The notes beneath the pieces are model-generated. The model saw only the letters and a list, made by a program, of their open reading frames with translations. It had not been told where the DNA came from and searched no databases. 64,000 nucleotides of DNA from Macrostomum hystrix (taxonomy: Eukaryota > Animalia > Platyhelminthes): NCBI GenBank assembly GCA_950097015.1, contig CATNEN010000039.1, positions 19,220,001 through 19,284,000 of the forward strand, in the 5' to 3' direction. This document shows, piece after piece, positions 53,259 to 64,000 of the stretch. Made by a program: the position numbers and the translations under genes. The first letter of the stretch is position 1; each line of letters opens with the position of its first letter.

Positions 53259-54208
53259 GCTGAAACGTATTAATTAGTCGTTCTAGAGAGTCATTGTTTT
53301 AAAGTAGCATAATAGCAGGTTGTACGAGCTATTGTCCCGCTTTATCCTCATTTTTACGACTGCTACAGTAGGCGTAGACTGATGGTTGTAGACGGATTAC
53401 ATGAAGTAACACTATTAATTGTTATTATATTTAAGTTTTTATGTATGCCGCACATAATTCGTGGTAATAAACTTTAAACGAGCTTAATGAACTGTAGTTA
53501 AGCTCCATAAAATGACTTTAAAAGCTACACCCTAAACGATAATTATAGTTTCACGCTGAAATTTAATATATTTCATTGATTCGGAACTTGGACTAGTTCT
53601 GCTCCTGCTGCTCTAGAAGACAACTAACATTAGGTGTGATAAGGTCCTGCTAACATGATTGCAAGAAAACCACATGAAGTATATGAGAAATCTGATATCT
53701 ACTAGAACTGCTCTGCTGTTCAGACCATGAGCAGACGAGCTATAGCCAGCAAATTACCTCTGAGATAAGAGTCCAACTTTGCAGTCCAGAACGAAACCAA
53801 TAGAAGAAAATTGGTAAGATTTTCCAACGACTAGTTTGCTAATGTCTTCTTTGGAAAGCTACAAACAATTAAAAACAGAAAACTATGTGTGCTTTGTGTA
53901 GTGTCCGTATATTTTATTTCTTTAACATGGTAATTCTATCAATCATAATTGGCATGAGCAAATGTTTAAAGAAGTGTAAAAATTGATGTGAAATTTGTGT
54001 GCTGTAGATGGAAATAAAATATTGGCTCGAAGTTCTTAACCACAGTTCCGAGTTTTTAAAAATAAAGTTTAAGTTTAAATAGAATCGAATTTAATTAACC
54101 GGATCCAATGAAAAACTAATTAATCAACATAACTTTTCAGCACCTCAAACACGCACTAAAAGTGTTAAACAGATCAATCAGGAGAGAGAAAACACCACCC
54201 GGTGTCAC

Positions 54209-57200
54209 CTAAGCGAACTTGTTCAGCTCGCCAGTTGGCGGAAAGTACCAATAGTTGCCAGCCACACAGCGAGTGATGCGCATAATGTCGTCGGAATGCG
54301 AATCGCTGCCCTTGCCAACCATGCGGTCCAGCATGAAGTTGAAGTTGTCCGGGCTTGCCGCATAGGCTATGAAGAATAGGCCAGATTCACCAGACACCGA
54401 GCTGGGTAGGGATGGGTGCGTTTGAGGTGAGCGGGACTCTTTGACCAAAGACAGCTGAGCTCATTCTACTCCATCCCACACCAGTCACAGACCAGCCCAT
54501 ACCCCATCCCACACCAGTCACAGACCAGCCCATACCCCATCCCACACCAGTCACATGCCTGCCCATACCCCATCCCACACCAGTCACAGACCAGCCCATA
54601 CCCCATCCCACACCAGTCACAGACCAGCCCATACCCCATCCCACACCAGTCACATGCCTGCCCATACCCCATCCCACACCAGTCACAGACCAGCCCATAC
54701 CCCATCCCACACCAGTCACAGACCAGCCCATACCCCATCCCACACCAGTCACATGCCTGCCCATACCCCATCCCACACCAGTCACAGACCAGCCCATACC
54801 CCATCCCACACCAGTCACAGACTAGCCCATACCCCATCCCACACCAGTCACAGACCAGCCCATACCCCATCCCACACCAGTCACAGATCAGCCCAAACAC
54901 CATCCCACACCAGTCACAGACCAGCCCATACCCCATCCCACACCAGTCACAGACTAGCCCATACCCCATCCCACACCATTCACAGACCAGCCCATACCCC
55001 ATCCCACACCAGTCACAGATCAGCCCATACCCCATCCCAAACCAGTCACAGACTAGCCCATACCCCATCCCACACCAGTCACAGACCAGCCCATACCCCA
55101 TCCCACACCAGTCACAGACCAGCCCATACCCCATCCCAAACCAGTCACAGACTAGCCCATACCCCATCCCACACCAGTCACAGACCAGCCCATACCCCAT
55201 CCCACACCAGTCACAGACCAGCCCATACCCCATCCCAAACTAGTCACAGACCAGCCCATACCCCATCTCACACCAGTCACAGACCAGCCCATACCCCATC
55301 CCACACCAGTCACAGACCAGCCCATACCCCATCCCACACCAGTCACAAACCAGCCCATACCCCATCCCACACCAGTCACAGATCAGCCCATACCCCATCC
55401 CCACCAGTCACAGACCAGCCCATACCCCATCCCACACCAGTCACAGACCAGCCCATACCCCATCCCACACCAGAGACACTCACCCGTAGGGCATGGACTG
55501 GCGCACGATCTCAAACTGTTTCTTCTGCTCAAACGCGTTGCCGCCAGTCATCCGAGCAACGTGGGATGAAATAGACTTGCGCCTCAGCTCAGTGCTGTCG
55601 GTAATGTCCCGGCCGACAAAGGACTCCAATTCCGCCGGCTTGGAGTCGCGAATCTTGTTCAAATCGTGAATCCATCGCTGGGTGATGACGTAACTGCCGC
55701 CGCCGGGAGCAACGGCGATTCGCTTGCGATTCTCTTCGTCGGCTGCGTTCTCCGTGCCGTCGATGAAGCCGCTCAGATCGCGACCGTTTCTGTACACGAA
55801 GCTGTAGATGTCTTCGAATGAGCGCACGGATCCCTTGGGCAGGGCGGCCACAATGGCCTGGCACAGCTCGAACAGTTTGCTAACCTGCGATACATTGCAA
55901 ATAATGTCACCATATTGTTAGATGCATGTCATATTAGTAACAATATTAATAACCATTGATTGCACCAGCTGACAGCACAGCCGCGTACAGCTGATCAGTC
56001 CATGGACTGGGGAGACGGCACACCCACCCCCCAATTACCCTAGCTGATGCTGGTAATTTAACCGTGGAACAACAAAGGGGGGAAAATCCACACCCCTGAC
56101 AATTGCTTGTGCTGCACCCGACCTCAGCAACGCAAGCAAACGAAACTCAAGAACACGGGCAACTGTTTGTTGCGCATCTTCTGAAACAATAATCAAGTCG
56201 CCAGATCTTCAGACCGTCGAGATATTCAATGGTTCTGGCCGAAGGTCAGATTTTTCCCATAAGCTCTAGTGTATTTCATGCACCCGCTATATAGGAATTA
56301 GCACTGCGTCTCAGTGCGGCCTTGCCAGGCCTTCAAAATTCATCAGCATGTCATCCGAATGTGCCTCCATCATCTCCGTCTTCGGTGGTCACCTTGGACC
56401 TCCAAGGGCTACAACAGGTGGAACTAGGCCACTATGGACACCCTGACGCAAATTTATCCAATTTCATTGATCAAGCCTAGATATTAGGCGCAGCTCAACA
56501 ACAGGACACCCTCGCCTAGTCTGTCAACCATACAGTCAACCAAACTAACGCTGTTAGCATTCAGACGCTGCGCAACAAACTTTAAAGCAAGGAGAAATCC
56601 CCATTGGTATGAAAAACGGATAGCAAAATGGCTTGATAGTCCTACTGTTAACCGCTGGTTGAACTATTTGCTCCAGTGGAGTCAGGAATCGAACCCCCGA
56701 CCTTCAAGAAAAACTACCTGATGGGACTTAGCGTGAATAAACAGGTCGCCGCCGGTGCTCGGAAGGTCGCCAAGCGGTCCGCGCCTATGCGGATAGCTGA
56801 AGTCCACGGACGCGGCGCTGCCGGCCTGGCCAACAGCGGCGCGGTAGAAGCTGTAGCCGAAGCCGACTCCGGCCCAGGTTTCATCGGACTCGTCGCGCAG
56901 ATCAGGCGGGCACACCTGCAATCATGAGATGAGATCAGTATTGGCTACATGATAAACACAGCTGCTCGTTAAAAGCCATTAACAATGACCATTATCGCGT
57001 TTGCCTCTCGCACCAAGGCCTCTCGCACCACGGCGATTCGCCGTGAGGCCGATTCGCTCGATTCCGCTGTGAGGCCACATTCATTTGGGGCGCAGCCGCG
57101 GAGAGAAGGCTTGGGGTCTTGTCATGCAATTCACGCCCTTGAGGGCCAACCTCCAAGGCACAGTGAGAGTGTACACTGCCTGAGGATGAGAAAGTCGGGG

Positions 57201-57764
57201 CAGATGTACACACCTGTGTGAGTGTGTGCTCAGTAGTTAGCGAAATGGACAGAACTGCCTTTTCGCTGGCTTTGGGTCTAGTGTCACCAAACGATGTGCC
57301 ATTGCCCGAAGCCCTTCTGCAATTATTATTATCTTGCTCAATGACATTAATTGTTATGCATTTGATTCGAACTCCCAACCTCTGAGTCAGAAGTCCATAA
57401 TTCTAACCTTATCAACTAGTTTCTGCAGACTGGCTGCAACTCGAAGAACTTCGCGCTTGTCAGCCTTGGGATCCAGGTGAATAGTTAAATAGAGCGCGTG
57501 ATCCTTTGTCTCGCTGTAGACTGTCGGCTGAACACTGTCAGTAGCGGCAGAGGCAGACGTAATTAAGCTGGACATTGGGGTCAGGCGGCGACGATGTTCA
57601 ATAAAAGCGACTGCCGTAGTGGCAGCTGCCGCGGTACCAATAGCCGCAGCCAGGAGCAGGCGAGAACTCGACGGCCGGCCAGAGGAGCCGGCGCCTGTTG
57701 ACAGGCCTCGTCTGGAGGCGAAGCGAGCGGCGGTGGCAGCAACAAGGCGGCATCGATTGAGCAT
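54209..57764 (-). CDS. DyP-type (YfeX-like) heme peroxidase with a mitochondrial-type presequence, about 382 aa, 4 exons
   Basis: Exons 57764-57408, 56915-56718, 55884-55484, 54401-54209. Motifs TGGDLFIHAKS, RDLSGFIDGTEN (GXXDG), SSHVARM (proximal His), IVRQSMPYG, GLFFIAY, YWYFP. Confidence 0.92.
54470..55472. repeat. 33-bp minisatellite (CCATCCCACACCAGTCACAGACCAGCCCATACC) filling DyP intron 3
   Basis: About 30 copies, starting about 11 nt from the donor. Confidence 0.96.
55962..56708 (-). mobile_element. Degenerate SINE family 2 copy interrupted by the TTAA MITE
   Basis: 55962-56057 and 56652-56708 match consecutive parts of 62360-62585. Confidence 0.7.
56062..56647 (-). mobile_element. 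TTAA-flanked MITE (reverse orientation) in DyP intron 2
   Basis: TTAA|CCGTGGAACAAC ... GATAGTCCTACTG|TTAA; interior is a reverse-complement homolog of 40033-40718. Confidence 0.82.
56995..57332 (+). mobile_element. tRNA-derived SINE, family 1, in DyP intron 1
   Basis: Reverse-complement homolog of 46648-47000; ends in ATTATTATT. Confidence 0.78.
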
Positions 57765-59183
57765 GGCTGCTTTTTGTTTGTGGAAATCAAAACTAAAAAG
57801 GCACAATGTTGAAGACAAAATAAATTTTCATTTGGATAATAATGGATAAGATACAAAAACATTGTGGATCACTCATCACTCACAAAATAAGATAATCTTA
57901 TCATTAGCTAGAACCTAGCTATCAATCTAGATTCTAGAACTATGATCCATGAAAGGACCATAAGAATTAAAAAAATCTTTCTTAATTGGAAGTCCTCAAA
58001 TAAAATGAGCTTATGTTTAAAGTCAAACTCCTTTCAATTTATTCCTTTTATTTTTATATTTGCTTTAACATGCTGGGTGCCTGCTTAATAGTAATGCATA
58101 AAACTTTTATAGCCAATTACAAGAGCAAAAAATTAGGCCCTAGCCTATTCTTTAGTGCCTATAGAAAGCTAGACTGAAATAAAGAGAAAAGCTTTAAAAG
58201 TATTTAAGTGTTTGCTATTTGAGAGAGAGAGAAAAGCAGGTCAAAGAATTTCCAAAAAAATAGTAAATATTTGTTAGAATAAAGTCAATGGGAAGATATT
58301 ATATCAAAGCCAGTAAAGTTATATCAACTGATTGAATATAGAGATCCTGAAAATCCTGTGTGGTAGAGCAGTAGGCCTATGTGTGCAGTTGTGCCACTTT
58401 AGTCCATTGGAAGCCTTTAAAGACTGAATAACCAGATAGCCAATTAACCCATGAGCAATAGAAGGGGAAAGTGTCTTCACTTGGACACCATATATGTCAC
58501 TACAATATATTGTGAAAGGAAGGCAGCCTAACTGTCACATACCTAAAATAAACCGATATAGGGAGAAAAAAATAACATAGCCAGTCTATGAGAAGATAAT
58601 AAGCATGTGGAAAAAGTAATAAAATAATTTAGTTTCTAAAGCTAATTCAGTGAGTAATAAAGTGAGTTTTCTATATTAGTAAAAGAGCCCTGCGACCGAA
58701 GTCAAATATTTGTGATTGTGAATCATATAATTTTTGTGAATAATTGCATAATCTGATAAGATAATGAAAAACATTTATGACTTTATGTGTAATAGTTATA
58801 ACTTTACGTTACTATTAAATTACATGTGTACAACAGTCAACAGACCTAGTATGCAAAAATGCAAAACACGAAATTATTTTAATCAGAAATCAGAAAGAAA
58901 GACTGTAGAATACTAACAATAACAACGAACATTTTATGAAGCCACATTTTACATATTTTTATACGATCCAAGTTTCAAGGACCGCTAGAAAAAGAGGACA
59001 ACTTTTAATTTGCTACATTAATGTACACATTTTAAAAGGGTGCTCCACCCAAGTGGTTTATCGCTACGAGTTAAAACAAAATGATTAGATCTACTACGAC
59101 GCTTTTAGAGTCCAGATTGATGATTATGATAACATGTGTGAAAATTTTGTGAAAAAAATATATATATTTATTTATTTTTTATA

Positions 59184-59745
59184 TTTAGAGTCATCAAGCA
59201 AGTCCTGCAGTTGCCGCTCAATGTCTGGGCCAAACTCTTCATACTCGCGCATGATCGAATTTAATTGGAAGGTGGTTATTAGCGAAGAAAAAGCCGCGCC
59301 ACCAATACCTTCTATTCCAGGCAGAATAGCTTCTATTCTGGCGGTTCCAGAATCCTGATCCTAGTGCCCTCTAGTGCCAGCTCTGAGATCTCCCTCTGAA
59401 GGCGTTTTGCCATTCCGGTATATTGTACCGTGCCGCCGGCAATGGTGATATTTTAATAGAATGTTCTTTGGCACATCGTTTGATGGTGCCGTCATAATTT
59501 TGTGAACTCCGGGCGCATCCACGCCCGTCATGAATGCATGGCCTTAACAGAGCCTCAAGAGCCTACAGAAAAGCAGACTGTCCTGTAACATTTCTTATCA
59601 GCAGCCATCTTAAGCTTCTTGTCGAAAATGTAATGCCAGAGATTCTCCATGCTGTCCCTGTTTACAATAATGCCGGCCACGCTTGATCGGGCTAGCTCTG
59701 CTCTGAAGGCAGCGCGTGCTCTGTGCCTCGTCGCTGACTCTATTG
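59184..59745 (-). pseudogene. Actin/actin-related pseudogene (frameshifts and a large internal deletion)
   Basis: Fragments in shifting frames: VSDEAQSTRC..PIKRG / GIIVNRDSMENLWHYIF; TIAGG..GMAKRLQREISELA; GIGGAAFSSL..TFQ..REYEEFGPDI. These align to actin [45 protein letters not shown] and WIGGSILASLSTFQ..EYDESGPSI. Confidence 0.8.
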
Positions 59746-60744
59746 TCCATCGTGTGCTAGCATCCAGCTTCATAGATTAAATATGCCTTTCAAACATAGC
59801 TTTTGGGTATCTATAGCAAGCTAACAAGCATGTGCTTCTGCATGTACGTACACGTATATCATATTGTTATTGCCGTGAAAGGACGTCCAATAACAAATAT
59901 TTTACAGTTTTTGGCGAACTCTATTTTATATTTTCCGTCGTTCATAACTCCACTGTCTAATTTTTTTAGTTTATTCGCTTTGCACACGAATTTCACAAAT
60001 ACGAGGAGTTAGGCATATATATATTAATTTTTTAGACAATATCTGAGGGGCCTTGTTGACAATTAGCAACAGACAAAAACAAGAAAAAGATGTGAGCGCA
60101 ATTGTCACTAAGCGCAGCGATGAATATATTTATGTAGATCAGAGATTTAAGGATTTTGAGTAGGTGGGAGGTAGGATCACAAAGAAAAAAAGGTGCTGGG
60201 ATTGAGAAGCAAGCAGTGAGATAATTGAGTCGAAGCTAGAAGACTATTGGCAGATGGACAGTGTCGAGAACACTGTTCTCAAAGGTTTACGAACACTGCA
60301 TGGAGGGGCACTGGGAAAGACTATTATAAACTTTGCTTAGGATTCGCACGAAGGTCTCAGTACGCACCGCCAGACGACGAAAACGCCAGCCGGAGCCCGC
60401 GGTAGAGCCGACCAGCCGGCAGAACCGACACCAGGCGACCCCGGCAAGCCACCAGCAGCTGCCTTTGCCGGGCCAGGCAGTGAAGGTGCAGCGCCCGGTC
60501 CAGGCCTGTGCCGGGCCCGCAGGCGACGTCCACCTCTGAGGGAGTTAGCTGGCCGCGGCCGCGACCCCAGGCGATTCGCCGGCTTAGAAATTCGGCCCAA
60601 CGCGGTATGCCGCGGCAGCGCATGTGAGACTGGTAGGCCCGGGTGCGAGCCTCCTAAAATCGGTCCAGCAGACTTGGTCATCTCTTCACAAGTTTTTTTC
60701 CAAAATCTTTTTCAAGACTAAGAATCCCCATTTGGGATGGGGTC

Positions 60745-60856
60745 AGTGGCCAAGTTGCCTCCTTGAATTGCCTCCTCGCTGGCTAGCTCGTACAGGTCTA
60801 GTGTCACAAAATTATGTGCTATTGCCTGCAGCCCTCCTGCATTTATTATTATTATC
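60745..60856 (+). mobile_element. 3' fragment of SINE family 1
   Basis: GGTCTAGTGTCAC...CAGCCCTCCTGCATTTATTATTATT. Confidence 0.65.
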
Positions 60857-61073
60857 ATTTTATTATTCCCCTTTCGAGAGCTCTAGAGCGCTATATGAGT
60901 TCCAGTTTTTGGACTTGTCACTGAGAGGTCGAGAGTTAGTATCTCAGCCCTTTTGAAGCTATTTGTGTTCTTGAGCTAGACGATTCCCTAGTTTTTTTCA
61001 GTTCACCCAGCTGTCAAACGGGTGCGGGCATCTGCTGGGATTGAAAGTTGAGTGGAAATGGTGGCTTCCCAAG

Positions 61074-61565
61074 CAGTGGCGCAGCCAGCAGTTTTTTCTA
61101 GAGGGGCCGCGCCTTTTGGGGGGCATTGCTAAGAGGGCACCACTACCAAGGGGGCGCCACTGCAAAGGGGGAGCCACTACCAAGGGGGCGCCACTGCAAA
61201 GGGGGCGCCACTACCAAGGGGGCGCCACTGCAAAGGGGGAGCCACTACCAAGGGGGCGCCACTGCAAAGGGGGCGCCACTACCAAGGGGGCGCCACTGCA
61301 AAGGGGGACGCCACTACCAAGGGGGCGCCACTACCAAGGGGGCGCCACTACCAAGGGGGCGCCACTGCAAAGGGGGACGCCACTACCAAGGGGGCGCCAC
61401 TACCAAGGGGGCGCCACTACCAAGGGGGCGCCAGTACCAAGGGGGCGCCACTGCGAAGGGGGCGCCAGTACCAAGGGGGCGCCAGTACAAGGGGTGCCAA
61501 ATATGTTTGTCAGCCGATTGGAAGGCTGCAGCTCCCTTGCCCGCCCCCCAGGCTATACGCCCCAG
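61074..61565. mobile_element. Probable non-autonomous DNA element containing a 20-bp G-rich tandem repeat (GCGCCACTACCAAGGGG, 61130-61495)
   Basis: Ends CAGTGGCGCAGCC / GGCTATACGCCCCAG form imperfect TIRs; the internal array is directly visible. Confidence 0.55.
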
Positions 61566-62337
61566 TCTGACTGAACAGCTGTAGACAGAGCAGAAATTTC
61601 CGAAGCCTTTCCAACCATCACAGTGTAACGTGCGATTATGCAACGAAATGAAAACTTATTTTGTATTGAAAAAGCAAAGTTTCTGCCCATATCATTTTTT
61701 ATAACATAAAAAATTAAGGTAAAAAACCAAGCAACAGAAATAGAAAGTATGTTGCACTTGCAATCATCTGTGAGAAATATTGTCGGATTTTAGGGATATG
61801 AATCTAAATATGTGTGAAATTTTTAAGTCAATCCAGTCTAGTTTTACTAGGATTTTGAAAGCTGCCCTTAGCTATATACAATGCTATCCCATCGAGTCCA
61901 TTTGAATTCCTACTTTAGTTAATTTGAAACCGCATGCATAACTTGAATGTTTTAGGGCCATAGACAAAAATAGGCATGCAAAAAACAATGGTTAAATGGA
62001 CTTTTACTGAAGCTTCAACACTCCTAAATAAGAGCATCTTGGCTGGAAGCGATTACTTAGTCTAAGGTACAACCTTCAATGCATTCTTTAACAGTAGAAA
62101 GACGACGTGCGTCTTTCAGAAATGCCCGATTTTCGTCAAAGTCCACCATTCGAATGAAACTTTACGATGAACTAACTTTCAAAGCCATATGACGTCAGCA
62201 TCGTCGAGATGATTCAGCGATTCCTGTCGAAGACAAGGACATCTAACATGATGTGTGATGAAGAGATTTTGTATAAACCTCTGATGAATTTACGTGGGTT
62301 TAATAATATAATTTTTTTTTAATTTTTTTTATAATAA

Positions 62338-62627
62338 CACCTGCCCCAATTGGGTCAGAAGTGCAGCCGACAGCACAGCCGCAGCTAATGCGCGGCGCAT
62401 CTGAAGGCTGCGTACAGCTGTTCAGTCCACGGACTGGGGGGACGCCACACCCACCTTCAATTATCCCAGCTGATGCTGGTACCCATTATACAGCTGGGTG
62501 AACTGAAGCAATGCAGAGTTAAGTGTCTTGCTAAAGGACGCAAATTGTTCCAGTGGAGTCGGGAATCGAACCCCCGACCTTCAAGTCGTGAGTCCGACGC
62601 CTTAACCACTAGGCTACAACCTCTCCC
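62338..62627 (-). mobile_element. tRNA(Val-like)-derived SINE, family 2, with a CORE-like central domain
   Basis: Head GGTTGTAGCCTAGTGGTTAAGGCGTCGGACTCACGA..GGTTCGATTCCCG, followed by CCTTTAGCAAGACACTTAAC..TTCAGTTCACCCAGCTGTATAATGGG. Confidence 0.78.
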
Positions 62628-63404
62628 AGTCCCAATAATAATTAACAATATAATTAACATAATATACTCAACAATCATGATAGCCGACATGGTTTCATTA
62701 CAAAATTTTGTGAGCACAAAAATTATACATAAATTTGTTGTTCTTGCCACCCAACAAGCCAACGAGAATCGTTGAACATTTCGACGATGCCGATGTTTCT
62801 TCTGAATCTTTTATGAGATACAGAAAAAACTGGGTATTTGAAATACTCCCCCGTGGTATTTGTACTGTTAGTCTACTCCCCACAGAGTTGCAACATATCT
62901 TCTACATTGGTTCACAAGGTGACCCAAACGAAAACTGCGTAAATACGAGTAAAATCAAGGAACAAAAAGCATGTAGTAAGCGAGCGAGTAAAACGACTAT
63001 GGCAACCGAGCTATCAGTCTCACCTGCTCCGGGTCTGACTTGCCACAATCGGGCAGAACCTTTGAGCACAGCTTGAGAAGTTAAAATAAATATACGTATT
63101 TTAAACCAAGTTTTGGCACCAATTTGAAATAAATGAATTGCTAACCCCATTTAAATACCTGCAGCTTCTGTCATCTAAGCTAAGATTGTGAAAGCGCGCT
63201 TGAATACTAAACAAAGACTACTTTGAAAATATAAATTCAGGAAAAGTCGATTTCGTATTTGTCGCCCTACCCTGACTAAGCTTCGATGCACAAAACTGGG
63301 CAGCCTGTGATAGCCTGTCCGATTGCAGACACTGAAATTGGGATTTTAGCATAGTAGGAAAACTTATTAACGACATTAATTGATTCCATCCCATCGATAT
63401 CCAT

Positions 63405-63850
63405 ACAATCTGCTCCCATCCAATCTGCTCCCATCCAATCTGCTCCCATCCAATCTGCTCCCATCCAATCTGCTCCCATCCAATCTGCTCCCATCCAATC
63501 TGCTCCCATCCAATCTGCTCCCATCCAATCTGCTCCCATCCAATCTGCTCCCATCCAATCTGCTCCCATCCAATCTGCTCCCATCCAATCTGCTCCCATC
63601 CAATCTGCTCCCATCCAATCTGCTCCCATCCAATCTGCTCCCATCCAATCTGCTCCCATCCAATCTGCTCCCATCCAATCTGCTCCCATCCAATCTGCTC
63701 CCATCCAATCTGCTCCCATCCAATCTGCTCCCATCCAATCTGCTCCCATCCAATCTGCTCCCATCCAATCTGCTCCCATCCAATCTGCTCCCATCCAATC
63801 TGCTCCCATCCAATCTGCTCCCATCCAATCTGCTCCCATCCAATCTGCCT
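63405..63850. repeat. Perfect 15-bp minisatellite (ATCCAATCTGCTCCC)
   Basis: About 29 identical copies with degenerate ATCCC-rich flanks. Confidence 0.97.
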
Positions 63851-64000
63851 TCATTCAACCTGATCCCATCCAATCTGATCCCGTCCCATCTGATCCCTAC
63901 CCATCTGATCCCACCCTAAGTGATCCTATTGAATCCCAGATCTCATCTAATCGTATTCGATCCCAGATCCCACCCGAGCATGTTGAGCAGTGCTCACCTG

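Noticed and set aside
54209-57764. Bacterial contamination as the source of the DyP gene
   Set aside because: Spliceosomal introns containing host SINE, MITE and minisatellite
61041-61584. Gly-rich repeat protein ORFs
   Set aside because: 20-bp tandem repeat read in multiple frames
62553-62627. Functional tRNA-Val gene (also the tRNA-like head at 46940-47014)
   Set aside because: Stems pair poorly, and the sequence continues into a repeated SINE body with other copies in the window

Overview
Eukaryotic (animal) nuclear DNA with GT-AG introns and a very high minisatellite load. The overall style (short splice acceptors just before start codons, co-oriented housekeeping genes, repeat-filled introns) suggests a free-living flatworm such as Macrostomum; this is an inference, not verified. 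Six intact spliced genes can be reconstructed. One is a divergent nuclear receptor on + (13785-16602, with its own CCAAT/TATA promoter). The other five are consecutive minus-strand genes: a DyP/YfeX-type heme peroxidase with a mitochondrial-type presequence, MRPL30, ATP6AP1, RTF1 and TRIP11/GMAP-210. There is also an actin pseudogene. Each minus-strand gene has a 3' splice acceptor within about 30 nt upstream of its coding start. MRPL30 has no in-frame ATG of its own: its targeting peptide begins in frame at a CAG acceptor. This fits a trans-spliced operon in which the AUG-ending flatworm spliced leader supplies the initiator codon. Eleven of 14 introns, and three of the four spacers between the minus-strand genes, carry their own distinct minisatellite. 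The first 12 kb is a satellite-rich block with a large inverted repeat and a recent tandem duplication. Several MITE families and two tRNA-derived SINE families are present, some nested. Most long ORFs in the supplied track are translations of satellites.
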